A DNA stretch of 51,127 nt from Chiloscyllium plagiosum. Its lineage: Eukaryota. The notes beneath the pieces are model-generated. The model saw nothing but the letters and a program-made list of their open reading frames with translations. It was not told the DNA's origin and did not search any database. Positions 13,980 to 25,601 of the stretch are shown here, piece after piece; position 1 is the stretch's first letter, and each line of letters opens with the position of its first letter. The stretch lies in contig NC_057719.1 in assembly GCF_004010195.1 (NCBI RefSeq), forward strand, positions 42,163,917 through 42,215,043, written 5' to 3'. The position numbers were made by a program, and so were the translations under genes.

Positions 13980-14500
13980 TGAACCATAGAATGATTAAAG
14001 CACAAAGGAGGCCATTTGGCCCATTGAGTTTGTGCCAGCTCACTGCAAAATAAATTTATCTAGTTCCATTCATCCACCTTCTCTCCATTGCACTGTAATT
14101 CTTTCCTCTTCAGAAAGTTATCCAATTCCCTTTTGAAAGCCACATTTGAATTCTTAGTAATGTGAAAATTACTTTTCTCACAGAGCCTTTTCTTTTATTG
14201 CTAATCAACTTGAATCTGCACCGCTGCATCTTGGCCTTTATGCCAATGGGAATAGTTATTCCTCCTTATCTACTTTATGTAGGTCTGACTTTGAATACCT
14301 CTGTTACATCTCCCCTCAGTCTTCTACAGTACTCTCTGTATTGCTCTCCCACCCTTCCTAATGTGTGGTGCCTAAGATTGAACAACACCCTCCAATTGAG
14401 GTAGAGTGAATGTTTTATAATGGTTTATTATAATTTCCTAGCCTTTGTACTCTGTGCTCTTATTGGCACAGTCCAGGGTCCCATGTGCTTTGTTAACCAG
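13980..14500 (-). mobile_element. Old CR1-like 3' fragment
   Basis: catagaat tail and ggaggccatttggcccat 3'-end signature. Confidence 0.6.
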
Positions 14501-15134
14501 GTTCACTTCGTCCGGTAAGAGTTACAGTTATAAATCGCATTTGAACTTACTCGAAGTACCTGGAGACCCAGACTGCACCACAGTGACCTGCTACAGTATA
14601 TAACATGAATGAGCTAATCTGCACTTGGGTGGCATGATATAAGACCCACTAAAAAGAGGCAGGTAATCTACTTGTTCAGATGGCAAACCATTCTAAGTGG
14701 CTATGTCCAATTTTACTTGTGAACAAGTTGCTTAAATATCTGACTATATCTTGAAGTTACACTAAAGTTAGTGTAATTTTAAGCCTGGCTATTTTTGACA
14801 TTCTCAATAAATTGGCGGCTGTACTTTGAGAAAAGAATATCTCATTTGACAAGGCATTTAGCATTGCAAATATTTGATAACAACCAACATTGAATATAAA
14901 TAGAGATTTGCTGTCCAACACTGTGTGATGCTATTTTAGGAATCTACATCAAAACAAGTTTGTCAATTTGCCTTATTGGATTTGCCATGACAAAGTTGTT
15001 TCTGAAATATCCTGACATATTGCACTGAATAGTCAACATAGTTGGCAGCTTTTCACATGGAAGAGCAAATTGCTTGGAACAGCAAATATTAGAAAATGAG
15101 ACTCTGATTTTGCTCTATTTAAATGATTGGCCTG

Positions 15135-15505
15135 AGGTTGAGGGGTGACATTATAGAGGTTTATAAAATCATGAGGTGCATAGATAAGGTGAATGGCAGG
15201 TGACTTTTTCCTAGGGGTGGGGGCTTTCAAGACTAGGGGACATATTTTTAAGGTGTGAGGAGAAACATGCTAAAAAGACACATGATTCTTTTACACAGAG
15301 CGTGGTAGGTGTGTGGAATAAACTTCCAGAGGAAGTCGTAGAAGTCATAGCATTTAAAAGACATTTGGATAAGTACATGAATAAGAAATGTTTGGAGGGA
15401 CATAGACAAAGCTCTGGCAAGTGGGACTAGTTTAGATTGGGATTATGGTCAGCAGAGACTGGTTGGACTGAAGGGTCTGTTTCCATGCTAGATGACTCTA
15501 TGAAT
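15135..15505 (+). mobile_element. CR1 LINE 3' end
   Basis: RLRGD.IEVYKIM region and the 3' UTR gaagggtctgtttccatgct..tgactctatga. Ends ~80 bp from the GC donor at 15586. Confidence 0.88.
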
Positions 15506-15586
15506 CTAGGAGTGCTGACAGTTGAAATTCTCCCTTGTTTTTTCGCTGCAGAGTTGATGTTATACTCCCTGTGGTAAAATACTTGC

Positions 15587-15702
15587 CTTGTAGTGTTGTA
15601 GTGCATATAAAACCCGATCATGACCTTCTGGAGAGTACATGCAGAGTGCTGCCAACAAATCAAACACTTGTTTCTTCACCAGGATCACTGATGTATTCAG
15701 AG
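15587..15702 (-). CDS. inf2-like: INF2-like paralog exon ([39 protein letters not shown]), GC donor
   Basis: Acceptor cctacttacag, 116 nt, donor AAG|gcaagt. Matches [20 protein letters not shown]. This frame is absent from the ORF track. Confidence 0.92.
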
Positions 15703-17014
15703 CTGTAAGTAGGCAGAATGTATTTGTAAAGTGTCAGAATTTACACAAGCACACTTTGTTGAAAAGAAAGAAGTACCAGGATAAATATTGCATAAACATA
15801 AATTGTATTCTTCTTTGTAGAAAAATATACTCTAATAAATTCTGTACATGACACATTATACGTATAGGTTTGTAAAAGTGCATTAACCTGGATACTATCC
15901 TGCATTTGAGCTTAGTTTATCATGAATTTCTCTGCCAATAAATGTCATCAATCATAATAAAGAGCAAATGAAAATACAATTTGTCCATCAGTTCCACCCC
16001 ACAGATAACCTTATTGTTTTTAATTGGTTGTGAAGGAATGGCATTTAGATATGTCCACAGTCTTTTACTAAGCATTCAAACAGAATCGTAGGAGGGAAAT
16101 TTGCCAATTTAGCCTGTCATCAATTTGTAGGTAGGGAATCTGTTGACAATTGGAATGGGCTCTGCGGGAACTCTCTAACCGTGTCATGGCTTTAGCAGTC
16201 AGCCTTGACTAATCAGGGCAGGGGAGTGCAATGACACATCTATTCCAAGAAAGGAAGCATTCTTACTTAAAGGGAGAACAGCATGGGTTTAAATGGCTCA
16301 CCAGCGCTGGGTGTTTGAGGCAGCAAGTAACCAAAGAAAGTCAATGCAGATGTGGAAAGGCTGCTCATTGCATCTCTGATTCTTTTCTGGTATGGAACCT
16401 GAGAGGCTGCAGTGAGATGCATTCTGTAAGGGATGGGAGGAAATGGACAATGTCTACAACCAAATAGGTGTGGATACCAGGGACTGAGAATGGCAATAAC
16501 AGAAATGGGATCCCTCCAAACTGGAAACAATATACCCAGGAAATCCAGCACATCAAGAAGGAATGTCAGTGATCAGCATTGGGGAGAGGATGGGTATGGG
16601 TGGGAGTATCTATTCCACACACTCTGATTTTCCCTTGATTGTCCTGCACAGCATTCCTCAGTTCTGTGTAGCTTCACACATTCCTCACTTTCAACACAGT
16701 TAACATTCCTGTCTAAGCAGCAAACCCTCACACTTCCCTTCATCTGATTGGCATCTTGCACCCATGCCTCACAGTTACCTTACACAAATGCCCATCTCTG
16801 CACAAGCACCATTTTCAACACTCACACCTCTCTGCTTTCTCTCCTCACAGTTAATAAGAGCACACAAAGTTGGAAGAGGCGGAGCACTTGAAGGAGGTGG
16901 GAGATTGATCAGGAGATGGGGGCTACAGAGAAACTGATGGCAGTAGTGACCTGCACTGATAGCCTTAGCCTCCTGAGGTACTACTGCTTAGATACGTAGA
17001 CAGAGAGAGAGCAG

Positions 17015-17392
17015 ACAGAGTAACAGAAGCCCCAGTGTGTGGAAGCATGCCAATTGGCCCATTGAGTCTACACTGAACCTCCAAAGAGCATCTCCCCTGG
17101 ACACACCCTTACTCTATCCTGTAACCCTGCATTTCCCACACTAATCCACGTAGCCTCTACATCTGTGGACACTATGGACAATTTAGCATGGCCAATCTAC
17201 CTGACCTGCTTATCTTCGAACTGTGGGAGGACACTGGAGTACCAGGAGGAAACTGTAGCACCCAGAGGAAACCCACACAGACGTGTGGAAAATGTACAAA
17301 CTCCATACAGGAACTAGCCCAAGTGTGGGATTGAACCCGGGTTCCTTGGTGCTGTGAGGCAGCAGAGCTAACCATGAACAACCATGCCACCG
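17015..17392 (-). mobile_element. tRNA-derived V-SINE (HE1-like)
   Basis: tRNA-like head (tggttagctctgctgcctcacagc..cgggttcaatccc), V-domain (tggagtttgtacattttccacacgtctgtgtgggtttcctc) and a CR1-like tail. Confidence 0.85.
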
Positions 17393-18633
17393 CAGATCCT
17401 CTGCCTTGGATCCCACATTGTCATCTAACTGCCTTCCATCCAGATCTCAGTGTTCATTCCATCTGCCCTGTGTAGGAGTATGCTGCTAAAGGGAAGTCAA
17501 CTGGTATTACTGCTGATGCTCTGTAGCTGGTATTGATGGTTTGGCTGGTGCTGTTGGCGATGCTGTTGTTGATGGTGTTGCTCCTCAACATGTGTTTCAT
17601 TGGGATATAATGTGCAGCTGAATATAATCTGCTCCTATCTCATGGTAACAGCTGGTGACAAAAGGCATGAAGTACTGGACAGTTAAATTGTCTTCCAAGA
17701 AACTGACAATCACCTGACAAACAGTGATAGCACCCTCTGAGGGAAAATGTGCTATGAACAGTAATTTCTCAGTGGCCATGATTTGAGCTCTTCAGTGTAA
17801 CTGGTCAAAGCCTTCACTGTTTGTCAGTTTCACTGAAGACCTCCCCTTGCTGTGCTTGATCACCTTGGTAAGTTGCTGAAATGCCAGAAAATGGGTACCC
17901 TAGTTCTGAAAAGCAAAAATGAAGGCTTTTACACATCTTCACTGATTTCCTGACAGATCCAAGGTGGTTCCTGTCTCACATTCAAACCTGTCTCAGTAAC
18001 ATCTGGAGAAGGGCATGATCATGTTGGGATCCAGAATACACATCATTTATAGACAACATAACTGAGAAAATGGTCCCCTTACAGTCATTGAGAGTGATGC
18101 TATGGGGATTAGGGAAGTGCATGAACAGGTAAGCAACAGTGTGCATCCTCAATCAATCAAAGTGGAGAATCCTTCCTGAGGCACATAGAGTCTGAAGCAG
18201 CAAGTGTAAATTACTTAATCCAATTTAAAATCATGTACACAAAGCAAAAACAGAGAGACAGAATGATGTAGGGATTAAGAGAGATTGATGAAACAGGCGG
18301 AAAGGGAAAATTAAAAATGTTACAGTTTGTTTTGGATTTGAGGCTCACCCCACGACCTGATGTCAAGGATGGTATTTTCAGAACCAAGGCAAACAGTTTG
18401 GGAATCCCTCCAATAAATGCCAATGGCAGATGGTATGAGTGTGAGAGATTTCTGGTCAACTGTGTGATGGAAATAATTTTTGGAACCTCAACCCTCACTA
18501 TCCATAGCTCCAGACTACTATGTGCATGTAAAAATGTATGTTACCACAGTAACTCGGACTCCCTGAGTGAACATCACAGACTTGATTTAACAGTGGCTAA
18601 ATGCACTCAATCTAACAATTGGCAGTGATGTAA

Positions 18634-18750
18634 ATGTCAAGATTAGAGTGGTGCTGGAAAAGCACAGCAGGTCAGGCAGCATCTGAGGAGCAGGAAAATC
18701 GATGTTTTGGGCAAAAGCCCTTCATCAGGAATGAGGCAGGGAGCTTCGGG
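18634..18750 (-). mobile_element. Solo Penelope-like terminal repeat fragment with degenerate hammerhead ribozyme
   Basis: Reverse complement resembles 25410-25520. Minus strand reads CTGATGA A GGGC TTTT GCCC aAAA. Confidence 0.75.
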
Positions 18751-18869
18751 GGAAATGGACAGCCTCAGGTTTGCATTGGATTGTTTAATCTGTATTTTCT
18801 TTGGGAGAGCCACTGCGTTAGGAGTGCTGCATGAAGAACTGTATTTGAAAGTGCTATTGCTAACCGTAC

Positions 18870-19272
18870 CTTGTAGCAGTTTTTTAATCTGGTTTTCATC
18901 ATTCACAAGCTGCTCGATTCCATTTGGAGAATTCATCACAGCTCTTACACAGCTCACACAGGTGAGTTGTAGAAGGGCATCATAAATCTTCGGCCCTCCT
19001 CTGCTTGACAACTTATCTAAGGCTTCCAGCATCAGATCGAGGCCACTGAGCTCTAGAAATTCTACCATCCACATGTTACTACTATTTGGCAGGTACTTCT
19101 TCAGGTGATAGTAGTTTCTAAGAGTAGGATCCTTCAGCAAATCGATGCAGAATTTAGGATCTCCACTTTCAAAATCATCTTCTGGATAACTTGTAACTGC
19201 TTTTCTCTTCCCTTTAAGAAGTGCTTGCTTCAGCAAAATCCATCTCTGCCGTGCATCTACTTTACTAGCCAT
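18870..19272 (-). CDS. inf2-like: INF2-like paralog, first coding exon (MASKVDARQRWILLKQAL...LLQLTCVSCVRAVMNSPNGIEQLVNDENQIKKLLQ)
   Basis: Acceptor tttccacag, exon starts at 19278, ATG at 19272, donor CAAG|gtacgg. Strong similarity to the INF2 N-terminus and DID (WMV.FLE.SGLDL..EAL, LLQLTCVSCVRAVMNS). Confidence 0.93.
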
Positions 19273-20832
19273 ATTTTCCTGTGGAAACAAGTAAAATGTA
19301 TCATTAGTAGTACATTGTGATGCAGTAATGCATCCATGTATCATGCTGCATGAGGGCCTGCTCCAGATTTCATAGGTAGCAGGTATTACGAATGAATCTG
19401 TATGTGGGTTGGATGTTACTGTTAATGATATAGAGAAAATGACTGTTTACCATCTTTATTAAATATTTAATTGAGAGCTTTACTGGAACCATTCTTGTGT
19501 TTGGAAAGAAACAAAAATATTCACAGGTGTTGGAATAGACACCAAATCCATAGGCTGTGACCAGTTTGGTTAGGTTAGGGGCTGCAAGTGTGAAGCTGAT
19601 TCCCTTCCCATTAATGTGGATAAGTGAATTATATATTTGACATTGGAAAACTCCAATAACTGTTGCAAAAGTTAGACTTCAAAACACCTTTTAAAATGTC
19701 CCTTTGAATTAGGGTAAAATTGAGATTTTTGGAAGCACACCATTTTGGAGATATGCCTATGTAATCTGTTTGCCTGGAAGGAAGAAGCTCAAGCACAATG
19801 CTATTGAAATAACAAATGAATGTTTTTAAACCTTTATATAGTAACATGGAATATAGACAGTAGCTTTCTCAGACACAGAGATAGACAAGGATGATATTGT
19901 TATGAATAACCTGGATTGGTTTGTGTCAACAACCAAGCAGAATGCTTGTCTTCTTTTTGAAAAGAAAGAAACAGAACAGACCTTCTGGAAATTTAGTGCA
20001 CATAGAATCTCCGAGTTAGGTCTTGCTTGTGAAAATCAACGTACAAGACCAGAGACCACCGCAACAATTTTGAAAAACGCTGGAAGTTTAACATAATGTG
20101 GCAGGTAGAAGAGAGGGGGTTATGGAATGACTGTTTCTGTAATGCTGCATATCTGTTATAATGAGGTACACGATGAGACGGTTTTAAGATATGTCCCAAT
20201 TGTATTAGCTGGTTAATATTGATGTTCATTCTCAGTGCACAAAAACAGAGTCTGTCCTGCCCCTTTGTCTGTCAGAATTGCCTCTTCATTCAAAAGCTTT
20301 GACCTTACATTAATCTTCCAAACTGGCGAATTACAACACAATGCCCTTTCAGATCATTCTAGATCAAATGGGCACTATAGATATGCCTGCCAACTTCCAA
20401 ATCATTTGAGCTATTGTTTAAAAATCATATCAATGTTTTGAAAGATGGGGACCCAGTGGAGATTGATGAGGATACAGGCATCAGTATTGTGAACCATTTG
20501 CAGCTTGTGTATGGAAGAGTTCAGAGGTTTTTGGGAAGTCAAATTTTGGAGTTACAATAGTCTTTTAGTTACACAAGGTATGAGCTGAGATTAAGGTGAT
20601 TGTAGTGTTGGTGGTGGAGTAATGTTATGGAGGTGAAAGTGCCTCTCTGCTTAGGATACAAACCTAGACTGTAATGTATATACAGTGATCTCCCTGGAAT
20701 ATGGCATGCATGGGGAATGGGGTTGCCAGTTAGCTGAATTTTACATGAGAAATACTAGTGGTAGCTGGGAGAACTCCATTCAATACTATCACAAGTGTGG
20801 ATTTGAAAAAATACAAGTGGCCAGAACCGCTT

Positions 20833-21597
20833 ATGGTGAACATTTTGTGTTTCTCAATAGTCTTTGTTCGTAATTGCTTGTCATTCACCAAAAAAAAGCC
20901 TCGTGAATGAAATGCAATCAACAATGCAAGATGGTTTGGAACAAAATAAAGAATGTTGCAGAACAGAAACTAAGTTACTAAGAAACTAAGTTGGTATACC
21001 CGGCTACTATAGGTAATTCTGTCTTCATCGACAAGCTCAGTCTTGAATTAGATTTCATAAATTATCTGATCCACTATCCCCTTCCAATTGCAAATACAGT
21101 AAAGATTCCATTCTCTGGATTCAAACAACCAGAATTCACCTGTAACTGGCATCCAAGATTGAAAAGTGGTATTCTGGAACTGGCATCTGGATAACAGGGT
21201 CTCTACTATACCTTTTATATTTTAACAATTAAAACTCAATTAACCCAATATGTATTTTTTGAGGATTAACTTTGCACATTTTTCCCAAGATTATGTACTG
21301 TTATTGCCTTCATACCCTTAACTTTTGTGTATGGGTTCGCCAGTAAAATTACATATCAATGGAAAAAAAACTATTTTCAATGGTTCTGCTAATGTTTTGC
21401 TATCAAACTACAAGTTGTGATGGTTCATACAACAATGACAGAGCTGATGTAGTAACTTAGTTTCTGTTCTGCAACATTCTTTATTTTGTTCCAAACCATC
21501 TTGCATTGTTGATTGCATTTCATTCACGAGGCTTTTTTTTGGTGAATGACAAGCAATTACGAACAAAGACTATTGAGAAACACAAAATGTTCACCAT
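20833..21597. repeat. Perfect 148-bp inverted repeat (20833-20980 / 21450-21597) with a 469-bp spacer
   Basis: Direct comparison of the two arms. ORFs 20730..20924(-) and 21506..21757(+) begin with the same peptide. Confidence 0.95.
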
Positions 21598-21989
21598 CTG
21601 CGAAGGATTGCAAGGAAGTGTGGGAATTCCGTTTGCCATCAGCAGATGGCAGCATGAGTTAGTGTTGATCACATTTCTATTCCTGATATTTAAAAATTTC
21701 TCAAACGGCCCTAAGATTCTTTGGGGATTTTACTGGTTTCTTGCCAGAGTTATCTGACCCATCTGAAGTCTGGTGCAACTTGATTGCTGGAAGGGACTCT
21801 CCAGCAGTAGGGACATATATGTCGAGATGGCTATGCAGCAGTGAGCTTAATTATTCAGATGATTCTACGCAGATGAATAACACAGAAAAATGCGAAGACT
21901 CAGATAGAAAATCTCCTGCCTTTACTTGTGAACTTCCATTCAGCTCTATTGGAGTGGAGGCTTGAGTTGTTCCTTATATGGAAAAAGTG

Positions 21990-23020
21990 CAAAAATGAAA
22001 TCAATGGGAATCGGGGCAAACTGGCCAATGGTTGGAGCCATACCTGACACAGACACCAACTTGACTGGCCCTGGAAATGTCCTGTCCCAATGGCAGGATA
22101 GACCTGACAGAGATGGTAGTGCAGTGATATACAGCCAGGAGCGAGTTGCTCTGGGAGTCCCCAACACTGATTCTGGACCCCACGCGGTCTCATGGCTTCA
22201 GGTTAACCATGGGCAAGGAGGCCTCCTGCTGCTTACCACATAGTGTCCTCCCTCAGCTGATGAATCAACACTCCTCACATTGAACAACATTGGAAGCACT
22301 GAAGGTGGCACAGGATGCAAAGTATACTCTGGGTGAAGGATTTCAATATCCATCACCAAGAAGGGTTAGGCAGCAGTACTACTGATTGAACTGGGCGGGT
22401 CCTAAAATACACAGCTGCTAGGCTGGGTGTGCGGTATTTGGCAAGTGAACCTACAAGAAGAAAAAACATACGTGACCTCACCTTTACCAATCTGTCAGCT
22501 GCAGATACACCTGCCCATGATAGTATCGGTAAGAGGGACCACAACACAGTCCTTGTGGAAATGAAGTCCCGCCTTCACATTGAGAATAATCTCTATGGTG
22601 TTGTGTGGCACTATCACCGTGCTAAATGGAACAGACTTCAAACAGTTCTAGCGGTTCAAGACTGGGCATCGTTGAGGAACTGTGGGCCATCAACAGCAGC
22701 AGAATGGTACTTGAACATACTCTGGAACATTATGCCTGGCATATCCCCTACTCAACCATTACCATCAAGCAAGGGGATCAAGCCTAGTTCATTGGAGAGG
22801 GCAGGAGGCCATGTCAGGAGCAGCACCAGGTGTATCTAAAAATAGGTGCCAACCTGGTGAAGTGACCAAACAGGATTATTTGCATGCCAAGCAACAAAAG
22901 CCACAAGCGATCCCACAACCAATGGATCAGATCTAAGCTCTGCAGTCCTGCCACATCCAGTCATGAACGGTGGTGGACAAATAAACAACTCACTGGAGAA
23001 AGCAGCTTCACAGATATCTA
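21990..23020 (+). mobile_element. LINE APE-endonuclease fragment from a family distinct from the main CR1
   Basis: Degenerate DR..RDG..VIY, DFNIHH, EPTRRKNIRDL.FTN, DH.TVLV and WHYHRAKW motifs. Confidence 0.8.
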
Positions 23021-24742
23021 CAGGAGGGGAGCCTGCACCACATGAAGCACAGCTGACTAGGAGACTCGCCCCTTCTTACCATCTGTGATAGACCAATGGG
23101 AGTGATTCACAGGTCAATAATCAATCTGTTTTGACATGTTCTGTGTGTAGCTTCAATGGCCATCAAGTCTTGTACTGGGATTTGAACGTAGAGCTCCTAG
23201 CTTAGAAGTGACCAGAAGAACTCCACACTAGCAAGATAACAATTAGTTAAACTTTAGTTCTTGTGGGGTAATGTTAGACCACTGGAAGACATGGAACAAG
23301 TATCTGCCTCACGTGAGCCTCACAGGTGGAGTTTAAAACCATGTTATGGACACAGGAGACAGAGCTTGGTCCTGGATGGGTCATGTTTTTAAGATCAACA
23401 TTTTTAAGTTGAGCACAAAGGGAAATCATCAACAAATGATAGGTTATTGACTGAGAGAGTAATATTGAAAAAGACAGCAAGAACATTTCCTGTTGCTCAT
23501 GAGTTTTCTTGCAAATTCTTGCAAAGTAGTCTAAGCTTAACCTGCAGTATTCCTGGAATGACTGTATAGATTGCTGCTGTCAGGTTGGAAATCCTAGGCT
23601 GAAACTTCTCAATTTATTTTAAATGTTACAAGAGATCATTTTTTCGACAACAGATTTTCAACATTGAATAGTGAAGCTCAAGTGAATCAACTTTTTCAAA
23701 GAATATGCTACAGCAGAACTGTAGTCAACTAAACCTTTTCTACTCCGAACAATTATTTCGTGGTCATTAAAATTGCACTGTAATCAGGTCCAACAGCAAT
23801 GCACAGTGTCTCCAAAAAACTTGGTTGTAATGAGTAATTTTGTTATTAAATACTACAGCAATCCATGATTTAGTGTACAATTAAGACTGAACCAAGATGA
23901 TACAAATGAGTATTTTAAAAAAATATAACAGTTGGTTACTATCTACTTCACAAAGTAAAAATTACTCACTGTGCTGCAGTAATTCTCTAAGCAATCAGAA
24001 GTTTACAGTTCTTTCGTTTTCAAAGCAGCATTTCCTCCCATCAAAGTTGTTTTGCAATCTGGTGTTCTTAATGTTTTCCGAGAATTACAATTGCAATATT
24101 ACAATATTGTATTATAAGATGGAAAAGATTGTATGACTATTTTCAGCAACCTTATGTAGACCTTTGAATGTGGCGGTCACATGTCATTCATGTGATTTGC
24201 TTCTGCCCTGCATTAACATATCCTCTGGTGCCACACCATAAGACATTTTAAAAATAAAATGGTAACCACACCCCTTGAAATAAGGTACTAATATATTAAA
24301 TACACCCGCTTCAAATGATACGGGTACTGAGTACGACCAGTTCTTGTCCCCTTCTGAAGTTAGTTCCCAAGTAGAAACTCAATGGGTCAAGGTCTTTGCT
24401 CATTCACAGGACTCCAGTAGAAATCCACAGCATGTTCCTGATCAGGGTACTCCTCATTTTATATTCAGGGAGCTTCTGAGTAGTTCCCTCACTCCTGAGT
24501 GGTTCCTCATTGTACGGAGGGTAGGGCATAGAGTGTAGCTGCATTGTCTAAAACCCTGCAGCTACTTAAAAGGAATGAGAAACATAAGCAAATTTGGGAA
24601 GTCATAGAAATGGCAGAGGAATGAGCAGCACCAAAAGTGTTTGTTATGGCATAGTCCTCAGTGACTGATTGGTGAGATGAAGGTAAGGGGGAGGCTGATA
24701 GGAACCTCCATTGCCAGATGCTGTTGCCTGTTTCACAGAATA

Positions 24743-25545
24743 AAGACAGGACAGAACATCCCTGGTGCTCACCTTCCACCCTACCAACCTTCGAATAAAC
24801 CAAATCATCCGCCGACATTTCCGCCACCTTCAAAAAGACCCCACCACCAGGGATATATTTCCCTCCCCACCCCTTTCCGCCTTCCGCAAAGACCGTTCCC
24901 TCCGTGACTACCTGGTCAGGTCCACGCCCCCCTACAACCCACCCTCCCATCCTGGCACTTTCCCCTGCCACCGCANNNNNNNNNNNNNNNNNNNNNNNNN
25001 NNNNNNNNNNNNNNNNNNNNNNNNNNNNNNNNNNNNNNNNNNNNNNNNNNNNNNNNNNNNNNNNNNNNNNNNNNNNNNNNNNNNNNNNNNNNNNNNNNNN
25101 NNNNNNNNNNNNNNNNNNNNNNNNNNNNNNNNNNNNNNNNNNNNNNNNNNNNNNNNNNNNNNNNNNNNNNNNNNNNNNNNNNNNNNNNNNNNNNNNNNNN
25201 NNNNNNNNNNNNNNNNNNNNNNNNNNNNNNNNNNNNNNNNNNNNNNNNNNNNNNNNNNNNNNNNNNNNNNNNNNNNNNNNNNNNNNCCACTCCACCCTCT
25301 CCTCCCTGACCTATCACCTTCATCTCCTCCCCCACTCACCCATTGTACTCTATGCTACTTTCTCCCCACCCCCACCCTCCTCAAGCTTATCTCTCCATGC
25401 TTCAGGCTCACTGCCTTTATTCCTGATAAAGGGCTTTTGCCCGAAACGTCGATTTCGCTGCACCATGGATGCTGCCTGAACTGCTGTGCTCTTCCAGCAT
25501 CACTTCTCCAGAATCTGGTTTCCAGCATCTGCAGTCATTGTTTTT
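24743..25545 (+). mobile_element. Penelope-like element 3' part spanning an assembly gap, with terminal hammerhead motif
   Basis: VLTFHPTNLRINQII.RHF..LQ.DP.....F..PP..AFRKDRSLRD.LV linker, similar to 3190-3400. Terminal repeat at ~25410-25545. Confidence 0.88.
24976..25286. other. Assembly gap (311 N)
   Basis: Run of N. Confidence 0.99.
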
Positions 25546-25601
25546 ATCTAGCATATATTAACAGTTTCACTGTCATTATAAGCCTGAAATCTGGATCAAA
25601 G

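Noticed and set aside
17320..17392. tRNA gene
   Set aside because: It is the tRNA-derived head of a SINE with no full cloverleaf.
16090..18070. Possible decayed PIF/Harbinger-like element around the SINE
   Set aside because: Only a vague resemblance. No clear TIR, TSD or transposase motif.
18643..19344. 233-aa ORF as a single-exon protein
   Set aside because: Only 18870-19272 is INF2-like. The flanks are intron read-through, and the tail comes from a Penelope terminal repeat.
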